This document shows, in pieces, positions 9,568 to 18,601 of a stretch of 64,000 nt of DNA (position 1 is its first letter; each line of letters opens with the position of its first letter). The notes under the pieces are model-generated. The model saw only the letters and a list, made by a program, of their open reading frames with translations. It did not search any database and had not been told where the DNA came from. Made by a program: the position numbers and the translations under genes. The stretch lies in the NCBI GenBank assembly GCA_045635825.1, contig JAZTWM010000015.1, positions 6,786-70,785 on the forward strand. Direction: 5' to 3'. This DNA comes from Candidatus Enterousia sp. Its GTDB lineage: Bacteria; Pseudomonadota; Alphaproteobacteria; Rs-D84.

Positions 9568-9983
9568 GTTTTTACACCTTTTTACACAATTTTACACGAT
9601 TCTGCACGAAAAGCAACGATTTTTTACATTTTTCTGGGCGGATTTAAAGCGACACTTTAGATTATCGAAAATTTGCCCACTAACCCATCCCAAAATATCC
9701 CGGCGGTTACTTTCATTTATTCAATTTATCGCTAATTATATCGCTAGTTTTTTTGTCGAAACTAGCGATATATGATTATCGCCCGGATTTTATCAAATGT
9801 ACACATTTTGTTTTCCGACTCACCCAGCAACAAAAAAACGTGTAAAAACAAACCTTTTCCAAGTGCCAAGCAATAAATTTCTGTCATAATAGAAATTTTC
9901 TGCAGTTTTACATAAAATTTCTATTAAGGCAGTTTTCTGCAGTTCCCCAGACGTATATTCATGCGTAATATCAGACCATATTT
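9568..9983. promoter_or_regulatory. Island control region with several repeat motifs
   Basis: TTTTACAC x2; inverted repeat TATATCGCTAGTTT/AAACTAGCGATATA; TTCTGCAGTT x2 spaced about 34 bp apart. AT-rich. Lies between the fic operon and int. Confidence 0.4.
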
Positions 9984-11183
9984 TTACAATGAAACCGCCT
10001 CGATATATTTCTGTGGTATATTGTTCAGCATTTCGTTTGTTGCACGTTGCATTGATTGACGGATTGGGTCTGCTGATAAATGCGCATAGATTTGCGTGGC
10101 GGCAATTGACTTGTGACCCAATGAACGGCCAATAATTTGCAGGCTAGAACCTTCCATTGCTTGATAACTGCCCATTGTATGGCGCAGGTCATGTATGCGC
10201 ATGTTTTCAATGTTGGCACGTTTCAATAACGATGCCCATGATGACTTGGGTTCCTCAAGATGTCCGCTTTTGCTGGTATCGCTTGGGAATAGCCACGGAC
10301 TGTCGCCCGCATCATTTCGCATCTGTATTAACAAATCCATTGCATGCGTTGTCAAAGGAATATTGACATCATCGCCGTTTTTAGTGTCTGCAAAACGTAC
10401 AAAGCCGTTTTCAAGGTCAATATCTGACCAGCGCAAGGCCAACATATTGCTGCGACGTTGTGCCAAAAACAGTGATAACAACACATAATTGCGAAATACG
10501 GTATTTGAATATTTCAGCGCATCAAGAAATCGCCGCAGCTCTTCCTGGGACAAATAGCGAACGCGGCTTTTTTCTTTGAATGGTTTTATGTTCTGTGCAG
10601 GATTTTCTAATCTGCGTGGATACCCCAATTCATATGCCTTGTTATACATGTGGCGCAGTAAACTAAGTGTACGGTTGGCGGTGTATAAACCACAATTGCG
10701 TTTTATCGAATTATGCAGCTGTGTAACCTCTTGCTGTGTTATGGTACGCATCTGGCGATTATGAAACGGCGCTAGATGTCTTTCAAATGTGATATTATTG
10801 TCATAAACCGTCTTAGGTTTTTTATACAGCTGCGAATGCTGGGGAAGATAAACATTCTTGTAATAGTGTCCCAAGGTCATATCGTTCAATGCGTCACGAC
10901 GTTCTGTTGCAGGGTCTTCACCATGTAACGACCGTTCTTTATATTCATGTGCACGCATACGGGCCTCGGCTATTTTTATCTGACCGACACGGGCGATTTT
11001 TACGCGACGTGGCATTCCTTGAAATTTAAGATACGCGAAGTATGTTTTTGCTCCTCCATAACTTACATGTACGCATAATCCATCCAATGACCCAGTATCA
11101 TAATATATGACTGTGCCTGTCTTTGGAACCGGCAATGCATCCAGTGTTTTATTTGTAAAGTTGATACGATTTGACTTACTCAT
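9984..11183 (-). CDS. int: Tyrosine site-specific integrase
   Basis: C-terminal catalytic region ...RIHDLRHTMGS... and ...IAATQIYAHL (R..H..R..Y). Adjacent to attR. Confidence 0.9.
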   Translation of the reverse strand: MSKSNRINFTNKTLDALPVPKTGTVIYYDTGSLDGLCVHVSYGGAKTYFAYLKFQGMPRRVKIARVGQIKIAEARMRAHEYKERSLHGEDPATERRDALNDMTLGHYYKNVYLPQHSQLYKKPKTVYDNNITFERHLAPFHNRQMRTITQQEVTQLHNSIKRNCGLYTANRTLSLLRHMYNKAYELGYPRRLENPAQNIKPFKEKSRVRYLSQEELRRFLDALKYSNTVFRNYVLLSLFLAQRRSNMLALRWSDIDLENGFVRFADTKNGDDVNIPLTTHAMDLLIQMRNDAGDSPWLFPSDTSKSGHLEEPKSSWASLLKRANIENMRIHDLRHTMGSYQAMEGSSLQIIGRSLGHKSIAATQIYAHLSADPIRQSMQRATNEMLNNIPQKYIEAVSL

Positions 11184-11354
11184 AATTCCATTTCCTTTAT
11201 GTTATTTTTTTGCTACGTATTTGCTACCGCGGGCATAAAAAAACACATAACAACGTTCATTTCCATTCAACATTAGCAAAAATCAAAACAAATGCAAGAC
11301 ATTGTTTTTACTAAAATATTCATCATCATTCATCGTTATTCATGATTAAGCAAA

Positions 11355-11466
11355 CTGATTTGTAATCAGTAGGTCGTTGGTTCAAGTCCGACAACCGGCA
11401 CCAGTTTAGAAACGCACCATTTGGTGCGTTTTTTCTTTGGATTTCTTTGACTTTTTGATTTTTTGT
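11355..11466 (+). repeat. attR: second copy of the 112-bp repeat (truncated tRNA-Thr 3' part plus terminator)
   Basis: Identical to 5525-5636. Lacks the tRNA 5' half. Confidence 0.85.
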
Positions 11467-11655
11467 GTTTAGTGGCGAAGTCATGCGGGGCGGACAGTTT
11501 TTATTTTATTCGGGGCGTGCAAACGCAACCCATTTCTGCCCCATGACTCCAAAACACCAACAACTGTGATGCAAAGTGTGATGCGATGTGGTATCTGTGT
11601 AAAAAATAACTTGATTTATTTTTGTGTCATTTTAACCTGAAAAAAGGTACGTAAA

Positions 11656-13290
11656 ATGTTGATTGTAAAAAATCTTGAGAAGTCTTTTGATAGTAATATA
11701 ATTTTCAAAAACTTGAATTTTTCTGTTCAGGATGGTGAAAAAGTCGCTGTTGTCGGTTTAAATGGTGCCGGAAAATCGACTTTGTTTAGAATTTTATTAA
11801 ATCAAATTGATTACGACAGTGGTGAATTTTATATGGGTAAAAATCCACGAGTTGGCTGGATGCCACAAACCATTGACGAATTGAATCTGCCGGATGATGT
11901 TATTGTTTATGATTTCTTGCGTTCAGGGCGACCTTTGGCCGAAATAGAACGACGTATGACGGAAATATACACCAAAATGGCCGAAGGTGATGATTCAGAA
12001 GAATTGTTACAGCAATTGGGGGTGTGTCAATCTGAATTTGAATATTGGGATGGATATACTGCGGAATCTGAATTAGAAACTATGATAGACCAGATGGGCA
12101 TAGATCGTCAAAATCTGAGCAAAAAACTGGGTGAATTGTCCGGTGGTCAAAAATCCAAGATTTCATTTATCCGAACATTGTATTCTCGCCCTGGCGTTTT
12201 GTTTTTAGACGAGCCGACAAACCACCTGGATGCCGCCAGTCGAGAATGGATGACGGATTATTTGGTTGCAACAGATGCGTCTGTGATATTCATATCGCAT
12301 GATGAAGAGTTTATAAACAAGGTCGCGGATAAGACTCTGTATTTAGATGCTATGATGCATACCGGGACATTATATGGGTTTGGGTACAAACGTTTTTTAA
12401 GAACCCTGGCAGAAACAAACGAGAGTTTAGAACGGCAATTACAAAAGCAAATGCGTGAAATAAATCGTATCCAGGCATTTGTTGACAGTCAACGTGGCAA
12501 ATCGGGTAAGGCAAAAAGACAGGCGCAAAGTCGTGAAAAAATGTTAGATAAAATGCGTCAAAATCTGGTGGTTGCCCCAACGGAAAAGAAAGATATTGAT
12601 TTGGAGCTAAGCCCAAATCGTGAAGCGGATATTTTGCCAATCACGGTGGAAAATTTAAACTTTTCATACGTTGCCAATAAGAAAGTAATTAAAAATCTTA
12701 CATTTTCATTAAATCGGGGCGAGAAATTTTTAATTGTTGGGGAAAATGGCGCAGGTAAATCGACCTTGTTAAAATTATTATACAAAATATTAAAACCTGA
12801 TTCTGGTATTGTTCGTATTGGTAAAAAAACCGACTTGGGATACTATGCCCAGGAATACGAGACATTAAACCCAAATATAACAATTCTGGAAAACGCATCA
12901 AGTGTAACAAATATCAGTACATCAAAACTGCGTTCTGTTTTAAATCACTTTAATTTTGTTGGGGACAAGGTAAAACAAAGCGTAAAAACAATGTCGCCAG
13001 GCGAACGCAGCCGTTTAGAACTGGCCAAATTATGTCTTGGTGGTGCCAATGTTTTATTATTAGACGAACCAACAAATCATCTGGATGTGGCAACCAAGAA
13101 AACCATCGCACAAAGTTTTTCTGAATACGGCGGCACCCTAATTATCGTTAGTCATGACCTAGAATTCTTGAAACATGTTGGCATAGATAGAATGTTAATG
13201 TTGCCTAGCGGACGATTACAGTTTTTTGACGAAAATATTGTTCGCCGATACATGGAACAAGAGAAACAAAAAAGAATATTAACAAAATAA
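11656..13290 (+). CDS. ABC-F family ATPase (two tandem ABC domains, no TM domain)
   Basis: Two Walker A motifs (GLNGAGKST, GENGAGKST). Two signature/Walker B pairs (LSGGQKSK...LFLDEPTNHLD; LSPGERSR...LLLDEPTNHLD). Confidence 0.85.
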   Translation: MLIVKNLEKSFDSNIIFKNLNFSVQDGEKVAVVGLNGAGKSTLFRILLNQIDYDSGEFYMGKNPRVGWMPQTIDELNLPDDVIVYDFLRSGRPLAEIERRMTEIYTKMAEGDDSEELLQQLGVCQSEFEYWDGYTAESELETMIDQMGIDRQNLSKKLGELSGGQKSKISFIRTLYSRPGVLFLDEPTNHLDAASREWMTDYLVATDASVIFISHDEEFINKVADKTLYLDAMMHTGTLYGFGYKRFLRTLAETNESLERQLQKQMREINRIQAFVDSQRGKSGKAKRQAQSREKMLDKMRQNLVVAPTEKKDIDLELSPNREADILPITVENLNFSYVANKKVIKNLTFSLNRGEKFLIVGENGAGKSTLLKLLYKILKPDSGIVRIGKKTDLGYYAQEYETLNPNITILENASSVTNISTSKLRSVLNHFNFVGDKVKQSVKTMSPGERSRLELAKLCLGGANVLLLDEPTNHLDVATKKTIAQSFSEYGGTLIIVSHDLEFLKHVGIDRMLMLPSGRLQFFDENIVRRYMEQEKQKRILTK

Positions 13291-13304
13291 GAATGATAAA
13301 AAAA

Positions 13305-13844
13305 TCATTCTGCCACCTTCGCAAACATTTTCATATCACGCGGTTCGCCACGCAGGATGAAATATTTGCGCAATACACCTTCGCATTCATAACCACAGCG
13401 CATCGCCACCGCCGCAGAACGAATATTTTGTTTGTCCAGGGTCAATTGCACGCGTTGCAAACCCATATTAGCAAAACCCATTTCGGTCAGTTTATTCAAG
13501 GCGCGTGTCATTATGCCACGGCCATTAAAGCCATGCGCCAGCCAATAACTGATTTCGCCCATATTGTCGTCTGTATCCACAAACCCAATCTTGCCGACAA
13601 TATCATCGTCCACCATGATAAAGTAAGCGCACTTATCATCGCCAAACGATTTTTCAATATTCGCCAATGTTTTATCGGTTGTGGTATAAGCGTCAACCCA
13701 TTCCAAGAATTCGCCCAGGAATTCACGATTGGCATTTATAACCGACAGCAAGCGTTCCGCATTTTCCACCGTTGGTTCTAACTTCTCCAACCGGAAATCA
13801 CCCATATCAATACTACGTGAAAATTTATTTGTTAGATTTTCCAT
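13305..13844 (-). CDS. GNAT N-acetyltransferase (RimJ/RimL-like)
   Basis: GNAT core ...YWLAHGFNGRGIMTRALNKL... Confidence 0.7.
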   Translation of the reverse strand: MENLTNKFSRSIDMGDFRLEKLEPTVENAERLLSVINANREFLGEFLEWVDAYTTTDKTLANIEKSFGDDKCAYFIMVDDDIVGKIGFVDTDDNMGEISYWLAHGFNGRGIMTRALNKLTEMGFANMGLQRVQLTLDKQNIRSAAVAMRCGYECEGVLRKYFILRGEPRDMKMFAKVAE

Positions 13845-14178
13845 TATATTGCCTTTAATTTATTTCATGTATTTTATCATATTTTTTATCAAAATGCTAT
13901 GTGAGGCGATGTGTGATGCAGGCAGACAAATCAACTGTCTGAAACAGTTGGAAATCTTGGACTTTGGACTCGTCTTGGCATCCCGACAATGAACATCCGT
14001 CATTTTTCTTGTGAATCGCAGCAGTTACTTTCATAACAGCATAAGATTAAACAAATTGTGCAAATATTTCAATGAAATTGACTTGAATTTTACCGATATT
14101 TACCTATATCAATAGTGTCCGTTGGGGACAGAGTTTTAATTTCCAATTTTTATCAAACAACAGCCAAAGGGGGCAAGC

Positions 14179-14736
14179 ATGACACAAGTGTCAAGTGCGG
14201 TTGATGTGCTGTGGGATTTGTATATGGCGCACCCAGAAAAACTGAGCAAGGTTGACTGGGAATACCTGATACGAAACAAAGCAGGCGCATTAGTACGCGA
14301 AATACTGATTAAAAATATGCAAGAGCATATAAAGCCGACACAGGATAAATATGAACAACAATGGCGGACGGCCAACCAAGCCATTTTGCAACGCATTGGG
14401 CAATGTATTGGGGACGGTGGGCCGGTCGCATACATGGATCTGATTGCGGCAATTGATGCGGGGGTGGATATAAATATCCTGAAATACCTGATATCAAAGT
14501 GCGACAACATAAATGGGTGTGATGAAAATGGGCAGACAGCCCTGCATCACTGTGTGTTGAATTATGTCAGTTTGGATTTAGTGAACGAACTGTTTATCGC
14601 AGGAATAAATAGTGCGGCACTGGACAACAAAGGTCTGGATGCGCGTGATTATTTAGATAAAGACATCTGGGGCGATGATTACGGGACGGCACGCATGATG
14701 TTGCGTCCCACTTGGACATATTTCTATGACGAATAA
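14179..14736 (+). CDS. Ankyrin-repeat protein
   Basis: Repeats of the type ENGQTALHHCVLNY...LVNELFIAGINSAALDNKGLDARDYL. Confidence 0.7.
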   Translation: MTQVSSAVDVLWDLYMAHPEKLSKVDWEYLIRNKAGALVREILIKNMQEHIKPTQDKYEQQWRTANQAILQRIGQCIGDGGPVAYMDLIAAIDAGVDINILKYLISKCDNINGCDENGQTALHHCVLNYVSLDLVNELFIAGINSAALDNKGLDARDYLDKDIWGDDYGTARMMLRPTWTYFYDE

Positions 14737-14746
14737 GGGGGGGGGG
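14737..14746 (+). repeat. G10 homopolymeric tract
   Basis: Ten consecutive G immediately after the ankyrin stop codon and 6 nt before the ATG at 14753. Seen directly. Confidence 0.9.
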
Positions 14747-14752
14747 TACAAA

Positions 14753-14974
14753 ATGACACCAAAAGCACAAGAATACTTATCAGTGGCGACATGCTTGGCA
14801 AGCACCAGTTTAACCGAGGCAGAACGCAGTAAAACCCATGATAAATTACGCACCATCAAGCAATCGTTTGATGTGGCAGATTGGGATGCACTGATTACAT
14901 GGTCAAACAGCCCAACCATACGTGCAGAATTACATAAGCAGAAAATTGCAGACGCGACAGTATTTGCCCGATAA
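14753..14974 (+). CDS. Small hypothetical protein (73 aa), start context includes the G-tract
   Basis: ORF 14726-14974. The in-frame upstream ATG at 14726 spans the G-tract. The ATG at 14753 has the G-run as a Shine-Dalgarno sequence. Confidence 0.35.
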   Translation: MTPKAQEYLSVATCLASTSLTEAERSKTHDKLRTIKQSFDVADWDALITWSNSPTIRAELHKQKIADATVFAR

Positions 14975-15000
14975 TAAAAATCCCCCAAAGTTGATAGGTT

Positions 15001-15906
15001 TTATTCAAACATTTCAAGTGGGATGTCATATTCATGACAGAATTCGTAAAAGAACTCTAGAAATGCCTGAACCTTGGGACTTTTAATTGTTAGGGGGTTT
15101 CCAATGCCTGTTAAGATATATTCATAGTCAAATTCTATGTTTGGAACCTCTATCAATTTTTCATTACGCATTGTACACCAATCAGGCATCAAGGAAATAC
15201 CTGCCCCGTCACACACCAATTGATACAGAATTGATGCAGAATCAGCCGTCACATTCAATTTTTTTGCACGCTTTAAAATGAAATTACATTCGGGCAGTTG
15301 TAAAAACTTTTGACGGATACACAAGTCATAATTTTCCAGCATATCATCCATATCACGTGGAACCCCACGTTTTTGTAAATATTCTGGTGTTGTATAGAAC
15401 TTTGTCTTGGTCTTGAATTTGAACAAAGGGGTTGTCCCAGGTATTTTTTGTAATGACCGAATGTCAATAATTGAAATATCTGGGTTGGTCATGTTCATGT
15501 GTCTGTTGGTCAAAATGTCCAGACGGATTTTGGGATGCTTGGCATATAATTTTGATAATTCAATGAATAGACGACTGCCGGCAAAACCTTCTTCGGTCCA
15601 GATAGAAATGTGACCGGTCAATTCATCGGGCCCAGTAATATTATGCAAAATATTTTCCAACGCATTTGATATGCTTTCAATATCTGCATATAACTGACGG
15701 GTGGTATTGGTGGGGACACTGCCAGAAGAACTGCGTATCAGCAGACGGGTTTTGAAGCGTGCCTCTAAATCCGCAATCAATTTTGACATATTTGAATGCT
15801 TAATCCCATTGCGTTCGGCGGCAGCATGAATTTGACCAAGATCTATTACCTCTTTCAACGCCAACAATTCACGTAGAAATGCAATTTTAGTTTTAATTGT
15901 TGGCAT
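15001..15906 (-). CDS. LysR-family transcriptional regulator
   Basis: N-terminal HTH (LRELLALKEVIDLGQIHAAAERNGIKHSNMSKLIADLE) plus a co-inducer-binding-sized C-terminus. Divergent from a downstream regulator/exporter pair. Confidence 0.8.
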   Translation of the reverse strand: MPTIKTKIAFLRELLALKEVIDLGQIHAAAERNGIKHSNMSKLIADLEARFKTRLLIRSSSGSVPTNTTRQLYADIESISNALENILHNITGPDELTGHISIWTEEGFAGSRLFIELSKLYAKHPKIRLDILTNRHMNMTNPDISIIDIRSLQKIPGTTPLFKFKTKTKFYTTPEYLQKRGVPRDMDDMLENYDLCIRQKFLQLPECNFILKRAKKLNVTADSASILYQLVCDGAGISLMPDWCTMRNEKLIEVPNIEFDYEYILTGIGNPLTIKSPKVQAFLEFFYEFCHEYDIPLEMFE

Positions 15907-16194
15907 ATATACCCCTTTGAATTAAATATTGAATCTATTTTTATAGTGTGTTTTAGGAATATATACCATTAAACAACAAATAGCCAGTGGAATATATTCT
16001 TTTCCGCATAAGAATAAAACCTTATTTTAAGACCGAAAATTAGAAAAAATGCCCAGAAATATAAATATTTTCATGTTCCATGCCCCTTTTTATACATTAT
16101 ATCTCATAAAAACAGTATGAAAGAGATTAGGAAAACGTGTTTTATAATCATCGTGTGTTCAAAGCAACAAACAGTTAAAAAAAAGGAGACAACT

Positions 16195-16425
16195 ATGACA
16201 CACAATGACGTATGGAATGCAATCGACAAATTCGCATCTTCTAAGAAAATGTCCTGTTCGGGATTGGCAAGATTCAGTGGTCTGGACCCAACAACATTTA
16301 ACAAAAGCAAACGCAGTTCAAAATATGGTCAGCCAAGATGGCCTTCAACAAACAGCATCGCAAAAATACTGGACGCGACACATTCAAATATAGATGAATT
16401 TATTAGATGTTTTTATCAGCAATAA
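16195..16425 (+). CDS. Small HTH DNA-binding protein (Cro/CI-like)
   Basis: 77 aa from MTHNDVW with an AAGGAGA RBS. HTH-like segment SCSGLARFSGLDPTTFNKSKR. Own hairpin terminator at 16437-16465. Confidence 0.55.
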   Translation: MTHNDVWNAIDKFASSKKMSCSGLARFSGLDPTTFNKSKRSSKYGQPRWPSTNSIAKILDATHSNIDEFIRCFYQQ

Positions 16426-16505
16426 CCTTTTACCCCATTTTACAATCCCCAAAAAAGGGGATTTTTTTATTGAAAAAATATATGGTGTTATATAGACTGA
16501 GAGAC

Positions 16506-18272
16506 ATGAAAAACTTTCCAAATTCTGTATTAGATTTTTATCTCAAAAATCTGTTCAAATATACCAAGGGATGGTCGCTGGTATATTTTATACTGTCGGT
16601 GTTTGATACCGCAGGTTTTAGTATAATCCCAGCGTATTTTATCAAGATGGCAATCGCAACATTGGAATCAAATCCAGTGCCAGATGCGATGGCAAATATT
16701 ATTCCAATCGCAATTGCTTATTTTATGGTGCGTGCTGCATTGGTGACCGGGGCGGTCATGCGGTGGACAGTTTTTGACAATTGTATCAAGTATAAATCTT
16801 ATAACAAGATATCCAGAGATTTATATGACTATGTCTTTCATCAAACCAGCAAGTATTATGCAGATTCAATGCCTGGGAAAATCAATTCGCAGATAGATGG
16901 GGTGGCAACGGGCTTCTATGAAACATTTAATATGATATTCGGCAGTGCCGCCGCAACATTAGGTGCATTTATTTTGGGCTTTGGTGGTTTATTTGAAATC
17001 GGGTGGCAATATGTTGTTGTTATATTGTTGGCGGTTTGCGGACGTGTTGTTTGGGGTGTATGGCGTGTACGTTATGCCCTGCGGGCATCAGCACAGACAT
17101 CTAAAATATCAAATGCATTGCATGGCAGATTATTGGATGCGTTATCTAACTTTATGGCGGTAAAATTATTTGCGGGGGCAAAATGGGAACAAAAATGCGC
17201 AGAACCGTATAGAAGCGAGTATGAAAAAACTGCACGTAACGGACACGCACAATCACGACTGTTCTGGGCACCAGGGAACTACATTATGGATGTATTTGGA
17301 ATGACTGCATTGATTTTATTGTGTGGTTATATGTACCAAACAGGCAAATCTTCGATTGCAGATATTTCATTTGCATTAAGTGTATTTTTAGGAATCAGCG
17401 GTTTATCATTCAGCCTGATTTTAGAAATAAAGATGTTCATTGAAAAATGGGGAAAGGCAGTTGGTTCATACACAGGACTGATTCAACCAATTGAAATAGA
17501 AGATATGCCAGATGCCAAGGACTTGGTTGTCAATGGTGCAAGGTTGGAAATCAGGGATTTAAGTTTTCAATATAATAAAGCATCTGTTTTAAAAAAATTA
17601 TCATTTTCGGTCGAACCGGGCGAACGTGTTGGAATTGTTGGTCTGTCGGGTGCTGGTAAAACCACATTGGTAAATCTGATTATGCGATTGTATGATCCAA
17701 CAGGTGGTGCAATCTATATTGATGGACAGGATATTAAAACAGTAACCCAGGAATCACTGCATAAAAGTATTGCATTTATCCCCCAGGATTCAACAATGTT
17801 TAACAGAACAATTGCTGAAAATATAAAATACGGACGAACAGACGCAACAAACAAGGAAGTTGCCAAGGCAGCACGCGATGCATCAGCAGATCAATTTATA
17901 AAATCTGCACCAAATAAATACGATACATATATTGGTGATCGTGGGATAAAACTGTCTGGCGGTCAAAGACAGAGAATCGCAATTGCACGTGCATTTTTGA
18001 AAGATGCACCAATCTTGATATTAGACGAAGCGACATCTGCATTGGATAGCGAGACAGAAAATACTATCCAGGAATCCTTTGCGAAATTATCCAAGGGACG
18101 CACCACCATTGTTATTGCACACAGACTGTCAACATTGCGGAATATGGATAGACTGATTGTTCTGGACAATGGCAAGATTGTAGAAAGTGGCAACCACAAA
18201 GAATTACTGCGTCAAGGTGGTATTTATGCCAAGTTGTGGAACATGCAGTCGGGCGGTTTCTTGAACGAATAA
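16506..18272 (+). CDS. ABC exporter, fused permease/ATPase
   Basis: Six-helix TM domain then GLSGAGKTTL, LSGGQRQRIAIARA, ILILDEATSALD. Start chosen after the upstream terminator. Confidence 0.85.
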   Translation: MKNFPNSVLDFYLKNLFKYTKGWSLVYFILSVFDTAGFSIIPAYFIKMAIATLESNPVPDAMANIIPIAIAYFMVRAALVTGAVMRWTVFDNCIKYKSYNKISRDLYDYVFHQTSKYYADSMPGKINSQIDGVATGFYETFNMIFGSAAATLGAFILGFGGLFEIGWQYVVVILLAVCGRVVWGVWRVRYALRASAQTSKISNALHGRLLDALSNFMAVKLFAGAKWEQKCAEPYRSEYEKTARNGHAQSRLFWAPGNYIMDVFGMTALILLCGYMYQTGKSSIADISFALSVFLGISGLSFSLILEIKMFIEKWGKAVGSYTGLIQPIEIEDMPDAKDLVVNGARLEIRDLSFQYNKASVLKKLSFSVEPGERVGIVGLSGAGKTTLVNLIMRLYDPTGGAIYIDGQDIKTVTQESLHKSIAFIPQDSTMFNRTIAENIKYGRTDATNKEVAKAARDASADQFIKSAPNKYDTYIGDRGIKLSGGQRQRIAIARAFLKDAPILILDEATSALDSETENTIQESFAKLSKGRTTIVIAHRLSTLRNMDRLIVLDNGKIVESGNHKELLRQGGIYAKLWNMQSGGFLNE

Positions 18273-18331
18273 AAAAATCCCCCGCAAGTACACAGGGGAC
18301 TGTGGGAAGAATAGATAAAAAACAGATTTCA

Positions 18332-18514
18332 CTAGCGCGTGAAACTGAGATGACCGTTTTCGTCATAGACATAAACAACATTACCACCACGACGAATGCT
18401 GACGGTTGTGCCGGTATAGCCTTGCATTTCACCAGTTTGTGTGAACTTTAAATGTCCACGTTCATCATATACATATATTACGTTCCCACGTTGGGTTACT
18501 GTTCCGATTGCCAT
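18332..18514 (-). CDS. 60-aa protein made of two YD-type repeats
   Basis: RGNVIYVYDERGHLKFTQ and RGGNVVYVYDENGHLSFTR. Own RBS (AAGGA), and hairpin terminators on both sides at 18280-18305 and 18578-18600. Confidence 0.45.
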   Translation of the reverse strand: MAIGTVTQRGNVIYVYDERGHLKFTQTGEMQGYTGTTVSIRRGGNVVYVYDENGHLSFTR

Positions 18515-18601
18515 ATTTTGTCCTTTTGGTTCTGTATAATTATTATGGCGGTAACTTATGCCATATTTGGTCCAAAAAAATCCCCCGTATTCGGGGGAAT
18601 G

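Larger units (their letters stand above)
5525..11466. mobile_element. Integrated genomic island at tRNA-Thr (integrase plus cargo, flanked by 112-bp direct repeats)
   Basis: Perfect direct repeats comprising the tRNA 3' part. A tyrosine integrase gene abuts attR. All cargo genes lie on the minus strand. The Y-family polymerase gene is visibly GC-richer than its flanks. Confidence 0.75.

Noticed and set aside
13293-13781. 162-aa plus-strand ORF
   Set aside because: It overlaps the GNAT acetyltransferase gene completely on the opposite strand. The GNAT call has the motif support.
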